Of a DNA stretch of 64,000 bases, positions 13,256 through 25,044 are shown one piece after another. The DNA is from Chlorokybus atmophyticus (Eukaryota > Plantae > Mesostigma and Chlorokybus algae). The stretch lies in the NCBI GenBank assembly GCA_009103225.1, contig RHPI01000818.1, forward strand, positions 408,906 to 472,905, in the 5' to 3' direction. The stretch's first letter is position 1; the number at the start of each line of letters is the position of its first letter. The translations under genes were made by a program, and so were the position numbers. Below the pieces are notes generated by a model, which saw nothing but the letters and a program-made list of their open reading frames with translations, had not been told where the DNA came from and did not search any database.

Positions 13256-13330
13256 CACGCATTGGGTCGGGTTCGACCTCATGACCTTTAGAGCACAAAG
13301 ACGACGCCTCAACCACTAAGCCACAAGTGC
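13256..13330 (-). ncRNA. Second tRNA-derived sequence with Pol III boxes
   Basis: Minus-strand A box TGGCTTAGTGG (13323-13313) and B-box-like GAGGTCGAACCC (13280-13269). Confidence 0.45.
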
Positions 13331-13379
13331 ACGTATTGGTAGGGACATTTGAGTTCTTAGGTTATAAACTTTATGACAA

Positions 13380-13800
13380 TGTGCCGACAGCCGCTTGACA
13401 ACTGTCGGTCGGCGGCGGTAATTGCTGATAGACAGTCGGCGATTATCACTACAATAGGCTTATAAATGCATACCTTTGGTAGGCCCATTGACTGCGCCTA
13501 TACATTTATAAGCAGTTATGAATTTTACCAATATCAGTATACGGACGATGAATGGCATAGGGACAGCCGCAACTCGGCGGCTGTCAACTATCAATCGTCT
13601 ATTACATTAATCTGAAACGCAATGAACAACACCAGTGTGTCCGTACCCAAGCACCGCACAACGGCTGTCAATACGCCGGTATATCCATCTAAGCTCTTTT
13701 AACGATATAGTTAGTAACCTTGCTATGGGTTCAACCGCTAAACGACAAGTTGTCATTCAAAAATGCCCGACATTGGGGCAAATTTGCGGCTGTCAACGAA
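13380..13800. repeat. GACAGCCG/CGGCTGTC motif array, left cluster
   Basis: Several copies in both orientations. The same motif recurs at 24080-24600. Confidence 0.6.
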
Positions 13801-14244
13801 ACTAGCGGTGCGGCTGTTTGGGCGACAGATCGAACGGCCGATACCTATTGACGCCTAACCAATGAGAGGCAGGCAGGCCGCGCAGCCTGGGAGTCGCGGG
13901 TGCCGTATGTAACTGGGCCGTCGTGCGTGGTGCGCGTGTGATGTGTCTGGGTGCACTATGCCGGCCGGCCCAGTCACAACAAATCTCGCCGAATGATACG
14001 CGACGCGCGGCTTTGCAGCACAGCATATGGCGTCACTTGATCATATATCGTATGATGTGCTAGCATACGACATCATATGTCGCGATATGCTCAACAGCAT
14101 ATGTTGGATATCACACATATGGTATCCTGCGTGGAATGCGCTGCAGTTCAGGTCAATCAAACATGATTTTCGGTTCCGTCATATCAACTGAGGTTATCCG
14201 TCACATTTTAACTGAACTCTGCCAATCAAACACTTACGACATGC

Positions 14245-14390
14245 CATGCGACATCGCACCATATCGTTCCATATTATAACATGTGTTGTCACAACCGAAA
14301 TATGCCGGCATATGATGTCATATGACGTAATATGGCGCGGCGTCGCTGGACATCGTGAGTTCCCTGTGCAACATGTTAACAGAGATTCAG
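14245..14390 (+). repeat. Inverted repeat arm, partner at 16770-16930, flanking the RING gene
   Basis: CATGCGACA...CATATGATGTCATA...GGACAT(C/T)GTGAGTTCCCTGTGC...CATGTTAACA is present as reverse complement at 16770-16930. Confidence 0.75.
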
Positions 14391-14501
14391 TCAAACTGTG
14401 GTTCGTGCGTAATGTGTCCTGCGTATGATGGGATATCATACGCGCCCGGGCGATATGATCGATGACTACCACGGCCCGGAAACCAAGTCGCATGCAAGCT
14501 C

Positions 14502-16750
14502 TTGGACAGCAGTGACGCCAAGATTGTCGAGCTTAGCGGCCGCGTTGTTCGTTTGTGCATTGCGTCGTCTTCTTTCTCAGCGTCCATGGCGGGTTCTCGG
14601 CGTGTTGCCACCTTCGGAAATTACTTCGTCCGTTGCATCTATGGCTGCAACCTCACGGGCCTACAAAAAGGCTGGATCGCCAGAGTGGGAGTGCAAAATT
14701 TCAGGTCTCACCTTACTAGCAGTGTTCACAAGGACGCCTTCAATGCATTAACACGCCAACAGCAAGACGACTTGCTGAAGTACTGGTTGGATCTGGTGAG
14801 TCCTGCATGGTAGCATGCATTGTGCATGTTTGAATAGTAAACTGTTCCATAGCTTGAGAGTTTAACAATCCCAATGTCACTGTCAATTTACTTTGAGTGC
14901 ATGTTGTTGTTTGCATGATGGCACATGGGATGGACTTATGTGGGATTGTAATCATCTATGTACTTGTTGCCACTTAGGGTCGGGCTGCAGTGGCACGACA
15001 CAACTTCAATCCTACTGTGGGTGCCTTTATGCCAGTTGCTGGAACGTGGCCTTTGCAGCAACCAACCCCCCTGCCACCGTCGCTGCATGATGTTCTGCAC
15101 CCTGTCGAAATCTTATACGATCCTAATCTTATTGAAGACTCCAATGCCAGTGCCTTGACGGTGCCCACAGGTATGTGAGTGCTTCGTGGTGACAGTAACG
15201 GTTTCATTGAATGCATGTATCCCAACAGGTCTTCGTGTGACTCCGTCTAAGCGCCGTAGGAACTTGTCTATGGCGCCTGATACTGATACTCCCACCACAT
15301 CTTATGTCACTGACGCTGAAACAGGTGATTAATGTCATCGTTGCAGAGGTTCCCACCTGATCCGTGAACTATATGAACGCAGAGGAAGCAATGCCGCGGT
15401 TGCCAACTCACCAATTTACACCTGAGCTTATGCGTGCTACTATCGACACCTTCAGTGGCCACCTGACTCGTGAAGTACAAAACAACGCTCGTCTACAAAA
15501 CGAAAGTAAGGGAAATTGTGGCATTGTTTTGACACACACCAATGATGGCATTGTTGGCAGATTTCAAACTAGTTGACGAGAACACAGTCCTTCGCAAGCG
15601 TAACCTGAAACAAGCAGAGCAGCTACGCCGCAACCAGACACAGTCTGATCCCCAGATCGCTGCAAAGCTGTTGAAAATGATCTGTGAAATCAATGGTCTG
15701 CGTGCAGGCCATGCTGCTGCAGAACAACGCTCTGCTGACCTGGAGCGTGCATTACACGAAGAGCGTGCTGAGCACGTTAAAATGACAGAAAGTGTCAAAA
15801 ACGCAGACGCAGCAAGCATCGTGGGTTGACGCAAGCAGCTGACAGAAGTTCAGCGCAGGGCCACACAGTTGCAGCAACACAATGAGCGTAATGATGCAAG
15901 ATTGGCGCGCCTGCAATGCCAGATTGGAGAAGCCAACCAGACAATTGCTGCACAAAAAAAGAAGGTGTGTGTTGCTGCACTGTTAGATTTTCCAGCAACT
16001 GACTTTCTGTTGTAGATCTCAGAGTTGACAAGCGTCCTGCGTCTTCAAACGGCAAACTGGCGATTTCGTGAGCGTGTTCCACCCAATGGCGTGCAGTTCG
16101 AGAGCTTCCAGCAGGAATTGGAAGTCACCAGAAAGGAGTTGGACAGCTTGGCAAAATACATGTTGAAAGAGATCGACCTTGACGGACAGGTACTGAACAA
16201 TTACAATTATGACAATTATCAACAAATGCAACACTTTGGTGTTCATTGGTTGGTGTGCCAGGTATCGCTCCTCAATCGCAGAGATGTTAAAAGGCAGCTG
16301 CAACTGCAACTATACCAAACACTCTGGGAGAAGCTTTGTACCTACCTCTGCACAGTTGCCCCGTTGCTGCGTGAAGCAGCAACAACCGAAGAAATGCAGC
16401 AACATGTGCGCCAGGACTACAAGGGCAAGCGCGTGGTAGACAGTGAAGACAACACATGCGGGATCTGTTGCGAGCAGAAGCCAGTGGAAGTGTTGTTACC
16501 AATGCCATGTTGCGGAGCTACACTGTGCCGTCAGTGCTTGAAGAAGCTGCGCACAGGATCTCACCCTCAAGTTGAGTGTCCTTTCTGCCGCCGCTTTCAA
16601 CTTATTTTTATGCAGCGCCCACCACGTGGTGCAGAGCTCCCCGATTTCCCTGTATATGAACTCAGCAGCAGTGACGATGATGAGGATGTTGACACACACA
16701 ATACCGGTGCTGCTGGCGCTGGGCCTTCGCAGCCACCCCCCCCTGAGTAG
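14502..16750 (+). pseudogene. Multi-exon gene: C2H2-like finger, coiled coil, RING finger, acidic SIM-like tail
   Basis: CIYGC...HLTSSVH, a long coiled-coil segment with one in-frame TGA at about 15827, CGICC...PCCGATLCRQC...CPFC, and VYELSSSDDDED. GT-AG introns. Confidence 0.7.
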
Positions 16751-16769
16751 ACCTGTATCATGGAACCCG

Positions 16770-16930
16770 TTTAGCTCGTGTGTTAACATGACGCACAGGG
16801 AACTCACAATGTCCATTGACGTCGCGCGACATTCTGCCATATCTTGCTATATGACATCATATGTTGGCATATCAATCGCTGTGACACCATATGTTATGAT
16901 ATGGAATGGTATGGGGCAGTGTCGCATGAC
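16770..16930 (-). repeat. Inverted repeat arm, partner of 14245-14390
   Basis: Reverse-complement similarity to 14245-14390. Confidence 0.75.
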
Positions 16931-17050
16931 GAGTTCTTGCATACGTAGCATACGTACATTTATGAAGCTCACCACCAATATGCACCCATTGATTATATCG
17001 ACACCAAAGCATGGTGTCACACAAACTGTCCAACACACATGGTGACCTAC

Positions 17051-17416
17051 TCAAACAACAGCTAGTTTCACTCTTCTCTTTTTCTTATTGCCAAAACCGC
17101 TACCACTACGTCGGCGCGCCCAAAATGCTTTGAACCTCGCTGGGTTGCCTTCATCCATATTGTAACCTTTGCACCCTCGAGAGTCGTATTGGGCGATATA
17201 CATAGCTTCTAACCAATCTATTCGCGCCTTGCAATGTCCTTTATCTAATACTTCCAACTGCACTTGCTCTTCAAAAGGTTTACTGCTATCTAAGTCAGGC
17301 AACATTTTCTTAGGCGGGTGTCTACGATGTTCCTTATAACGTCGACCTGGGTGGTTACTTTGACCGATATATACTTTCTGTGTTGCCACATGCGTCAACT
17401 TGTAGATAAACTTCAC
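17051..17416 (-). CDS. GIY-YIG endonuclease domain, probably the last exon of a gene starting near 18.7 kb
   Basis: FIYKL...KVYIGQS...RRYKEH...LEAMYIAQYDS...GYN. Starts just after an AG acceptor rather than an ATG. Confidence 0.85.
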   Translation of the reverse strand: MKFIYKLTHVATQKVYIGQSNHPGRRYKEHRRHPPKKMLPDLDSSKPFEEQVQLEVLDKGHCKARIDWLEAMYIAQYDSRGCKGYNMDEGNPARFKAFWARRRSGSGFGNKKKRRVKLAVV

Positions 17417-17779
17417 ACCTGTGTTTATGGGTTGCGCACGTTTTTTGAGTTACGTGCAGAGGCGCGAATGTTGGTGTTGGCATTGATGCTGTTTCTTGCT
17501 GCCAAGGATCGCAGGATCATCTGGACCTCATCGTTTACCTGCAAAGAACAATGGTACCATGAATGATGCAGTACACATCCGAGATTGATGTTGAATATGG
17601 AACATATATGCGTAGCGAAGTAGAAGCAAGGAAACAGACCACGGGTACAGGATATGAACAAAGGGAGCCAATGCAACAACAGAAGTGTAACAAAAGATGG
17701 AGCGACTGCATGGGTTCTGGCTTGATGTGCCCATTGTTGTTGAACTCTGCTACGCAACCATAGCATTCTCACGCATCGC

Positions 17780-18563
17780 GACTAATCTTGGCAAGCACAG
17801 TAATCCCATCATCAACTTGGATAACCACACACCTCATTGGCAGCAACATTTGCTACTGGAGCTTCCCTTGGGTCTGCTTTGTTGATTTGCTCAATGATTT
17901 TTTCTGCCTTTCCTTGCGACATGAAACGCGCTGTCTCCCAGTTGCAAACTTTGCGAATGTGAACCAGCTCGAACACCTGTGAAACATCTGTTAACTACAG
18001 GTATTTGGCCAATGACCCAGTGTCACATTGATACATACCTGATTAGCGTAAATTGGCTCTGCATTATCAGGAAGCTCCGGGTTGTCCTTGCGCATCAGAG
18101 TGTCCCACAGCTTGTAAGCTACTTGGCGCTTCAGGTCATCAGCAATGTCGATGCCGAGCTTCCTGAGGTAGTAGATGCATGTTCCTACACATACTTGCAT
18201 CAGTTAACACATGCACCACAGTGTGTCAGTGTACATTTTCCGCTTCTCACCAGTTGCAATAGAGTCCCCATGGTTTATGCGAAACTCTTGAGCTCTCTCT
18301 TTGGCAGGGCGAATTAACTTATCGGCCTCTGGCTTGGTGAATAGCCCCTCAAGCTTGTCGGGAGTGATTCCTGCTGAGTCACATGCTACCAGTTGTTTCG
18401 CTGTCAGCGGACGACCAGGCGCATCACCTCCAGAGCTACTGGTACGTAGACTCTTAGAGCCAGGTTCGTCATTGGAAATTTGAGCGTGGAGCCTCTCGAA
18501 CAGGTCTTTTCCGTTAAAGTCCATGCTGTCAACCAGGTGCATTGTCAATGTAACGCTCGCCAA
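17780..18563 (-). pseudogene. Upstream exons with about 3 copies of a TxKQ...G...(L)T/SxxxAxxLI-like helical motif
   Basis: LTAKQLVACDSAGIT...FTKPEADKLI; YYLRKLGIDIADDLKRQVAYKLWDTL; FMSQGKAEKIIEQI. Confidence 0.4.
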
Positions 18564-18959
18564 CTAATGACTCACAGGTTCGAGATCAAACAGAGGCCAA
18601 CTGAGCCACGTTGTTACCTGTGTCTGGCTGAGGTGACAGTTTCCGACGATGGGCAGGTGTCTGAGGCAGGTGATGCGACAGGCATGTATGCACAGTGCCC
18701 TGCGACTTGATGTTTCAACTGGTGTACATTTACAGCAGCGCTAGATATATTGCCAATGTATATCTGCGTGGCAAGGAAAAGGGTCTGTGTCGGCAGAACA
18801 CCACGTGCTAAGCCATGCCGCCATGCGATTGGTCAGAAGAGTTGATGGGATGGAGGAGATGATTGCATACAAAGCATGGTTGGATGACGGGTGATACGGC
18901 AATCAACTGAATGTGCCATGTCATCAAACCGTACATGCGTACAGTGTGGTCATGAGATG

Positions 18960-19270
18960 CAGTTCATCTTACGCGATATGGTTCCATATCGTCGAACATG
19001 GAACCATATAACGCAATGTTTTGCAACATCGTTCATTCATGCACAAACATCATGCGATATCCGTTGATATCAAACAACGTTGCGCAACAGCGTACTATGA
19101 AGCCTAAAGCAATATCGTCCAACTTGGCAGCATGTAGTGCAATGTTGTGCAACATCGATCTAACATGCTCAAACACTCGCGATATGCGTCGATATCAAAC
19201 AACGTTGCGCAACATCGTATCATATCGCCAAATGATGCAACATTTGTCACACCATTGCGCAACACTAACT
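18960..19270. repeat. Degenerate tandem array (CAACATCG / GATATC / GTTGCGCAAC) downstream of the helicase
   Basis: Recurrent GATATCAAACAACGTTGCGCAACA units. Confidence 0.6.
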
Positions 19271-19290
19271 GGACTTACCAATTATCAACG

Positions 19291-22200
19291 TCAATCCCCA
19301 GGAACGGGCGTCATCTTTTCAGGGCGCGGTAAACGCGTCAACCGTAAATAGGCCCTGTTTGTCACGCGCGACAACGCCACATACCACAATCCAGGAGCAA
19401 AAGCTTCCTGCATGTGGACAACAGTAGTTGATTGCAGCGTCGCACCGTGACACTTGTGCACTGTCATTGCATACGCTAGCTGCAAAGGAAACACAGCTTT
19501 GTAGTACGTTTTGCCTTGAAACGTTGCTGTTTGCTGTATTGTTCGGCGCATCCACATGGAGTCTGCCAAATGGTCAAGTGTAACTTGTATACTGCTCACA
19601 TTACCTTTGTAGTATCTAAACTGCGTCACTGTTCCAAAGACCCATTGGCTACACCATCTTGCAGTGAAACGTTTTCTAAAACCAACACCTTTGCTCCCTT
19701 GGCGACTGAAGGTAATAAGTTGAACTTGGGCTTGTGAATCCGGTCGTATAGCTCGGGCACGTTCACTGCATTAGAAGTAATTTGTATTGGCACAATGGTA
19801 TCGGCTGCAAAACGTTGTCTCACAATCATGCTGTTGAAAGCCAGTGTGTCTTGTACATGTGAACACAATATGGTTGCATCACTTGGTAACTGTTGTAAGT
19901 ACTCCGAAGTGACCAGACAGCCACCTAATGCATCTGCTATCTCTGTTGAACTGGGTATGCCAGAACGAATCTGAATCATGTATTCAGCAAACAGAGGGTC
20001 TGAAGCATGACGCATTGAAAATGTTGCCTACGTAATGGCCACCTCTGTGATGCAGAAATATGGCATTTGTGGCAAACCTGCGATGTGTCTTGGACTTTGT
20101 GTCCACAAACTGCTGGCAGTTGCTTGTGGTCACCAACCAATACAACGCCGATTGTTTGTAGAAATTCTGGTCCATGAACTTGCTGTAAGCGCAGCATCAC
20201 CAAGTCAAACAACCGCGATGTCATCATGGAAAACTCGTCAATAATAAATACTCGACAATGATGTAACAGTTTGTAAGCATCATCCATAGCAGTTACAAAC
20301 CGGAGTTGCTGACCGTTGACAGGTATTGCGAAGTTGGAATGTACAGTTGAAGCTGATGAGCTGAGCCGCAAAGCCGCAGCGCCAGTTGTAGCACTGAGTA
20401 AAACAGGTATCCCAGCAACGCGCAACTTGTGAGTGATGAATTTGGTCAAAAATGTTTTGCCTGTTCCCGGACAACCAGATATCACATGTAAACCAACCGG
20501 TGTTGCAATGATACTACTTGCGGTGCGTTCTTGCTGGCTGGTCAAAGAGAGATTGTTCGCAAACGCAAACTCCTCAACATTCAATGTACCTTGAAACATT
20601 GGCGCCGATACATCTGAGTCCGTTGTCACAGTTGAAGCTGGAGATGAGATGCAGGATTGGATGATGAAGCTGTTGGATACTGCGTAGTAGGTTCTGGTGC
20701 AGTTTGACTGTCTGTCGGACCAGCTGCAGCTATAGACAAGGCATTAATAGCATTATCAGTGGTCTGCATCATGGCATTCATCATATGGTGAATCTTAACA
20801 TCATTGTATAGATGACGTTCGGCATAGCGCGTGACATGTGTCAACAAACTGCGGTTTGTGTTGTTAATGAAACCCCGCAACACACATTCTTCATAGTAAG
20901 TGCGTGATTGGTTGTTCAAAGAAATCAAATCAACTTCAGAGCGAAAAGTAACCCGCTGAAGAAGTAAATTGAAACAAAACCCTTCAGCTGTGTACAGGAT
21001 GGTAATCCGTGAATCTGATGATGCGCGGGACAGCTAACTCATAAACGAATGCATTCAGTCTGTCTCTTTGAGTACGCACAGTGTTATGTGGCACAGAGTC
21101 TCCATCTCGGTGCATATACTGTCGAAAGTAGTTGTACATTGTGACTCTTTCTACCTCGTCAGGCCTGACACAATAACGATGAATGGGATGCACAATTACT
21201 GTCCGTGCACGACTGTTCACTATGCGAAAACGATTGTTAAGCAAACGCGTGTCAACATATGTTACATTGGACGACATTTGCATGATGGGAATATCTAAAC
21301 ATATCAAAGCAGCTTCAACTGGAGCAATGGGTTTGGACAAGTACATTGTGTTCAATATGCGCAATTCGTTAACAGTCAATCCTTGCAAACCGAGTGCATT
21401 GATGTCTAATGCATCATCAAAAGTGCCACAAGGTTCCATTTTAGTTGTGTACTTGACTAAATACTTGCTCCAATGACTGTCAGTGACTTGCAACACATTA
21501 CAATGAGCACCCCACTAATAAAAGCACTTGATGTGTGGGAACAACATTGCGGTCACAAGTGCGTGGTCTGTAATAATCGTACCTGCGCGTTTTCGTGTTG
21601 AACTGAGGTCGACGATCTGGTTGTACGGGATACGGAAAGCCCATGTCGCACTTGTTATCAAATGCTCTGCAGCCACTGCCAAAATCAGAACACTTGTGCG
21701 TTTGCTTGCGTACAACATATTCATAAAGGACTCGCAGTTTAGAATCAGTTGGTACAATTATTTGCTGATTTGCATGGTCAAAATCTCCGGGGATAAACGC
21801 AGTGATTTCACTGCAAACTCGTTTAATATCGTCGGGATGTAACCACAACATAACATGTGCATGCAAAGATCCACGGTGTTGTGTTTCATACCTGATAACA
21901 TAGTGCATCACACGTCCAAGGATATCCTTTTGCATGATATATTCTTCAAAGAAGGTGCTGAACCGATGATGAAACAAACGTGCGCACTCCACAGGGGCAT
22001 CGCGCCAACCAAGTTGCGTGGAGACATTGTGGAGAACATTCTGCAAATCAATGATCTTAGGGAATTTGGTACTAGACACTTCATCTGCAGTTATGGTGAC
22101 AAAGAGATGAGGCATACCCCAATGCTCAACCAGACACAGCAGCTCACTTAACTTTTGTCGATGCCAACTCGGAGATCCAATGATGTCACCAGGGACACGA

Positions 22201-23330
22201 AATTTTACAGCGTTTTTGATGGCATCATTGATTGTGGCAGTAGGTCGTTGTTTGAGGAACTTTTCAATATCAGCGTCCACAGCAACTTCGCGGCACTTTC
22301 TGACTGTAAGAAGTGATTGACGGATTTGGTACATCAACAGCAAATAAGGCTTGTACAATGTGAAAACTGAGAACGATTGTGTAAGACGGAACTTGACATA
22401 GTCTGACAGTCTGCTGTACACGTTACCATCAAAGAACCCACGATTGTGCGGAAACAACATGGGAAACAGAGCAGACTCAACAGTTAAACCAGGAATATTG
22501 TACACACCACCTGTATCCATGTGTATCAAAAGAGGAACACAAGGCTCACGCAGCGACATATGTCCAACGCGCAACATGGTGTCCACTGTGACTTCAACTG
22601 TGCTGCGCGAAGGAAATGGCAACAAGGTGGTTAAAACGTATGTGTATGCTGATTCACCAGCAATGTTCAAAGGATTACGATCCTGTGCACGAGACACAAT
22701 GCTACGAATAGTAGATGAACCGACAGTGGGGATGCCGTCAGAACCAAATGGTTGTTCTGCCAAGGTCTGATATTTCTGAACCAGAGTGTTGGACGATAAT
22801 AGCTCGCTCAACAACTCCAGCAACAAGATGGCATGTTGGTTCTGATGTGTAAACTCATCCCAAGTGATAAACGGACCGTTAATCATATTCAACTGCTGAA
22901 TTTGGCCCGAAGTGAAACTGTATGAGTTATATAAGTCGCAAAGCGCCATGGACGTGTTAACAAGGGACAACATCTGCACTACCATTGGATGTATCTCCAA
23001 CAACTTGCGAATGTACACTGCGCTGTGTAATACAATGTAACTGGAACGCTCCGACCCGTGACTACATCGATGGCATTGGTAGTAATCACTATCACACTTG
23101 GTATAATTGGACATAAAAACATTAGCCAAATCATATGGTGCAACGGTGGATACTGATCGTCGATACATTGGAAGATAAGTAGCAGCAGCAGTAAAACTGT
23201 ACATGCCCGCACAAAGAACAACATTGCATTCGCGTGACAAACTTACGTTGTGCATCTTGCCAACAGGAAAGCAAATCATTGCAGTCGTCCCACAATTCGC
23301 AATGCTGAGACAAATCGCAATGTTGCTCAT
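19291..23330 (-). pseudogene. Helitron-type RepHel (HUH Rep + PIF1-family helicase), frameshifted
   Basis: Rep motifs LFVTITADE, YETQHRGSLHAH and KYLVKYTTK. Helicase motifs GCPGTGKT, IIDEFSM, GDHKQLPAV, FPLQLAYAMTVHK and YVALSRV. Split over 6 ORFs. Confidence 0.93.
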
Positions 23331-23469
23331 AAGTCATAGCGGATGACGAAACAACACACCAGGAACATATCAACCGCCCTGGCATTTGTCGCCATCCAAA
23401 AGAACCATCTCGGCACAGTCTTGAGGGCGTGCAAAGGTGCAAATCCACATGCACAATATCTCTGATGTG

Positions 23470-23570
23470 TAGTAAAATTTTGCGATATGATTACATATGC
23501 GGCGATATGGTGCAACATGGTGTTATATGATTACATGTGCGGCGATATGGTGCAACATGGTGCCATGTGA
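23470..23570. repeat. Tandem ~40-bp repeat upstream of Rep
   Basis: ATATGATTACAT(A/G)TGCGGCGATATGGTGCAACATGGTG, 2+ copies. Confidence 0.8.
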
Positions 23571-24079
23571 TTAGCAAATGCTATTAAGTGTTTCAAAACT
23601 TAATAATCAACGTAACGTTCACGCCACGGTACGTGCTGCGATTCTTAGTAAATAATGCCGAGGTTACGACCATCAAAATAATGCTAACCTGAATTACCTT
23701 AACATTAAGATTCAACTAAACGAAAAATCGCATCGTTAGGCCACCATTTGGTCACGCATGAGATTGATCAAATGGGATCGCAACGGTGACAACAGCCAGT
23801 TGCTCAAAAAGGCAGCAAAATGGCCAATCATTGCAAAGATGCGTAAAAAAATGCTGAAAAATAACTCAGCGGCAACCGCTTACCAACGGCGACCCAAATT
23901 GCTAGGGATTTGGTGCAATTGCGGCACAGTTAGTGGTTAAAACGGCCGCATTTTTGGCGGTACGAGGTCGGGGCAGGCCCCATACCCTAAAGACATGCCG
24001 CCACTACTCACCCTTGTTCTAACTAATCCACTCTACCCTTTAACGCTAATTGATTACACGCTATAGTTACTGCGTCATC

Positions 24080-24600
24080 AAACATGGTCAACAGCCGAAT
24101 CAGTGTATTTGGTCGGGCTGTCGATAAATGTGTGGCCGCAAAAGGTGTCATGGGCTTTGAGTGACTAAGGCTATAAACTTATATTGGATTCGTTGTTGCT
24201 TGCGCTTTGGTACAAACCGACACACACATTATCAATACAACTTACACAACATATATGTAATGTCTGTCGTATGACAGTCACTATGTATCATAATTATACA
24301 AACATGAAGTTATTACCTTAATGACATACGCGCTTTGGATCGATTAAAGTGTTCTATCGACATGTAAATGCAATTTACGCCGTTATTTGCCTATCTAATG
24401 TGCGTTGATGAATATATATAACAAAATCTTATACGTGTACAAATAAGTATATTATGTTGATAACTTAAACAAGCAATCCTGACGTATTGAATGTAGGCAC
24501 AGCCGCATTACATGGACAGCCATTGATTAAGGGGCTTAAGTGTGATTTATTGACAGCCCGGTTGTCAACTTGACAGCCGCCGACCATTTGCGGCTGTCTA
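24080..24600. repeat. GACAGCCG/CGGCTGTC motif array, right cluster
   Basis: Same motif as 13380-13800. Both clusters also share a GAGT..TAAGG(C/T)TATAAACTT-like segment. Confidence 0.6.
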
Positions 24601-25011
24601 TGTGTCGCAAAATGTCCACCGACAATCGGTGCGGCCTGCTATTAAACATAACATGTACTGTTGTACAATTATACAATTGCGTCGCTGCATGCATGCATGC
24701 AGTCCATCTCAATCAATCGAAATCGATTAGTAATTGGCCGGCTGTTCTTCGAATCCTCTAATCGATCTCTCTTCTCCATAATAGATTTCGATTAGAAGCT
24801 AATCCAAATCCATTACCTAATCGTTAAAGTACTCTCTATTGAAGATCATCAATAGCTGCTACGGGAGGAGAATATTAATTAACTCTTACCAAGTGCATCG
24901 ATTTTTACAAGCCGTTTAACATGTAGGCAGCATAGCAGCTATTGATTACCAGTAGCACGCTATGCTGCTGGTTGCAGCCGCTAATCGATTCTCTGTACAT
25001 TACCTGCCGCT

Positions 25012-25044
25012 ACATAACTTATGTTACTGTAACATAAGTTATGT
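25012..25044. repeat. Perfect 16-bp-arm hairpin followed by CTAG|T
   Basis: ACATAACTTATGTTAC-T-GTAACATAAGTTATGT, then CTAG at 25047-25050. Confidence 0.85.
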
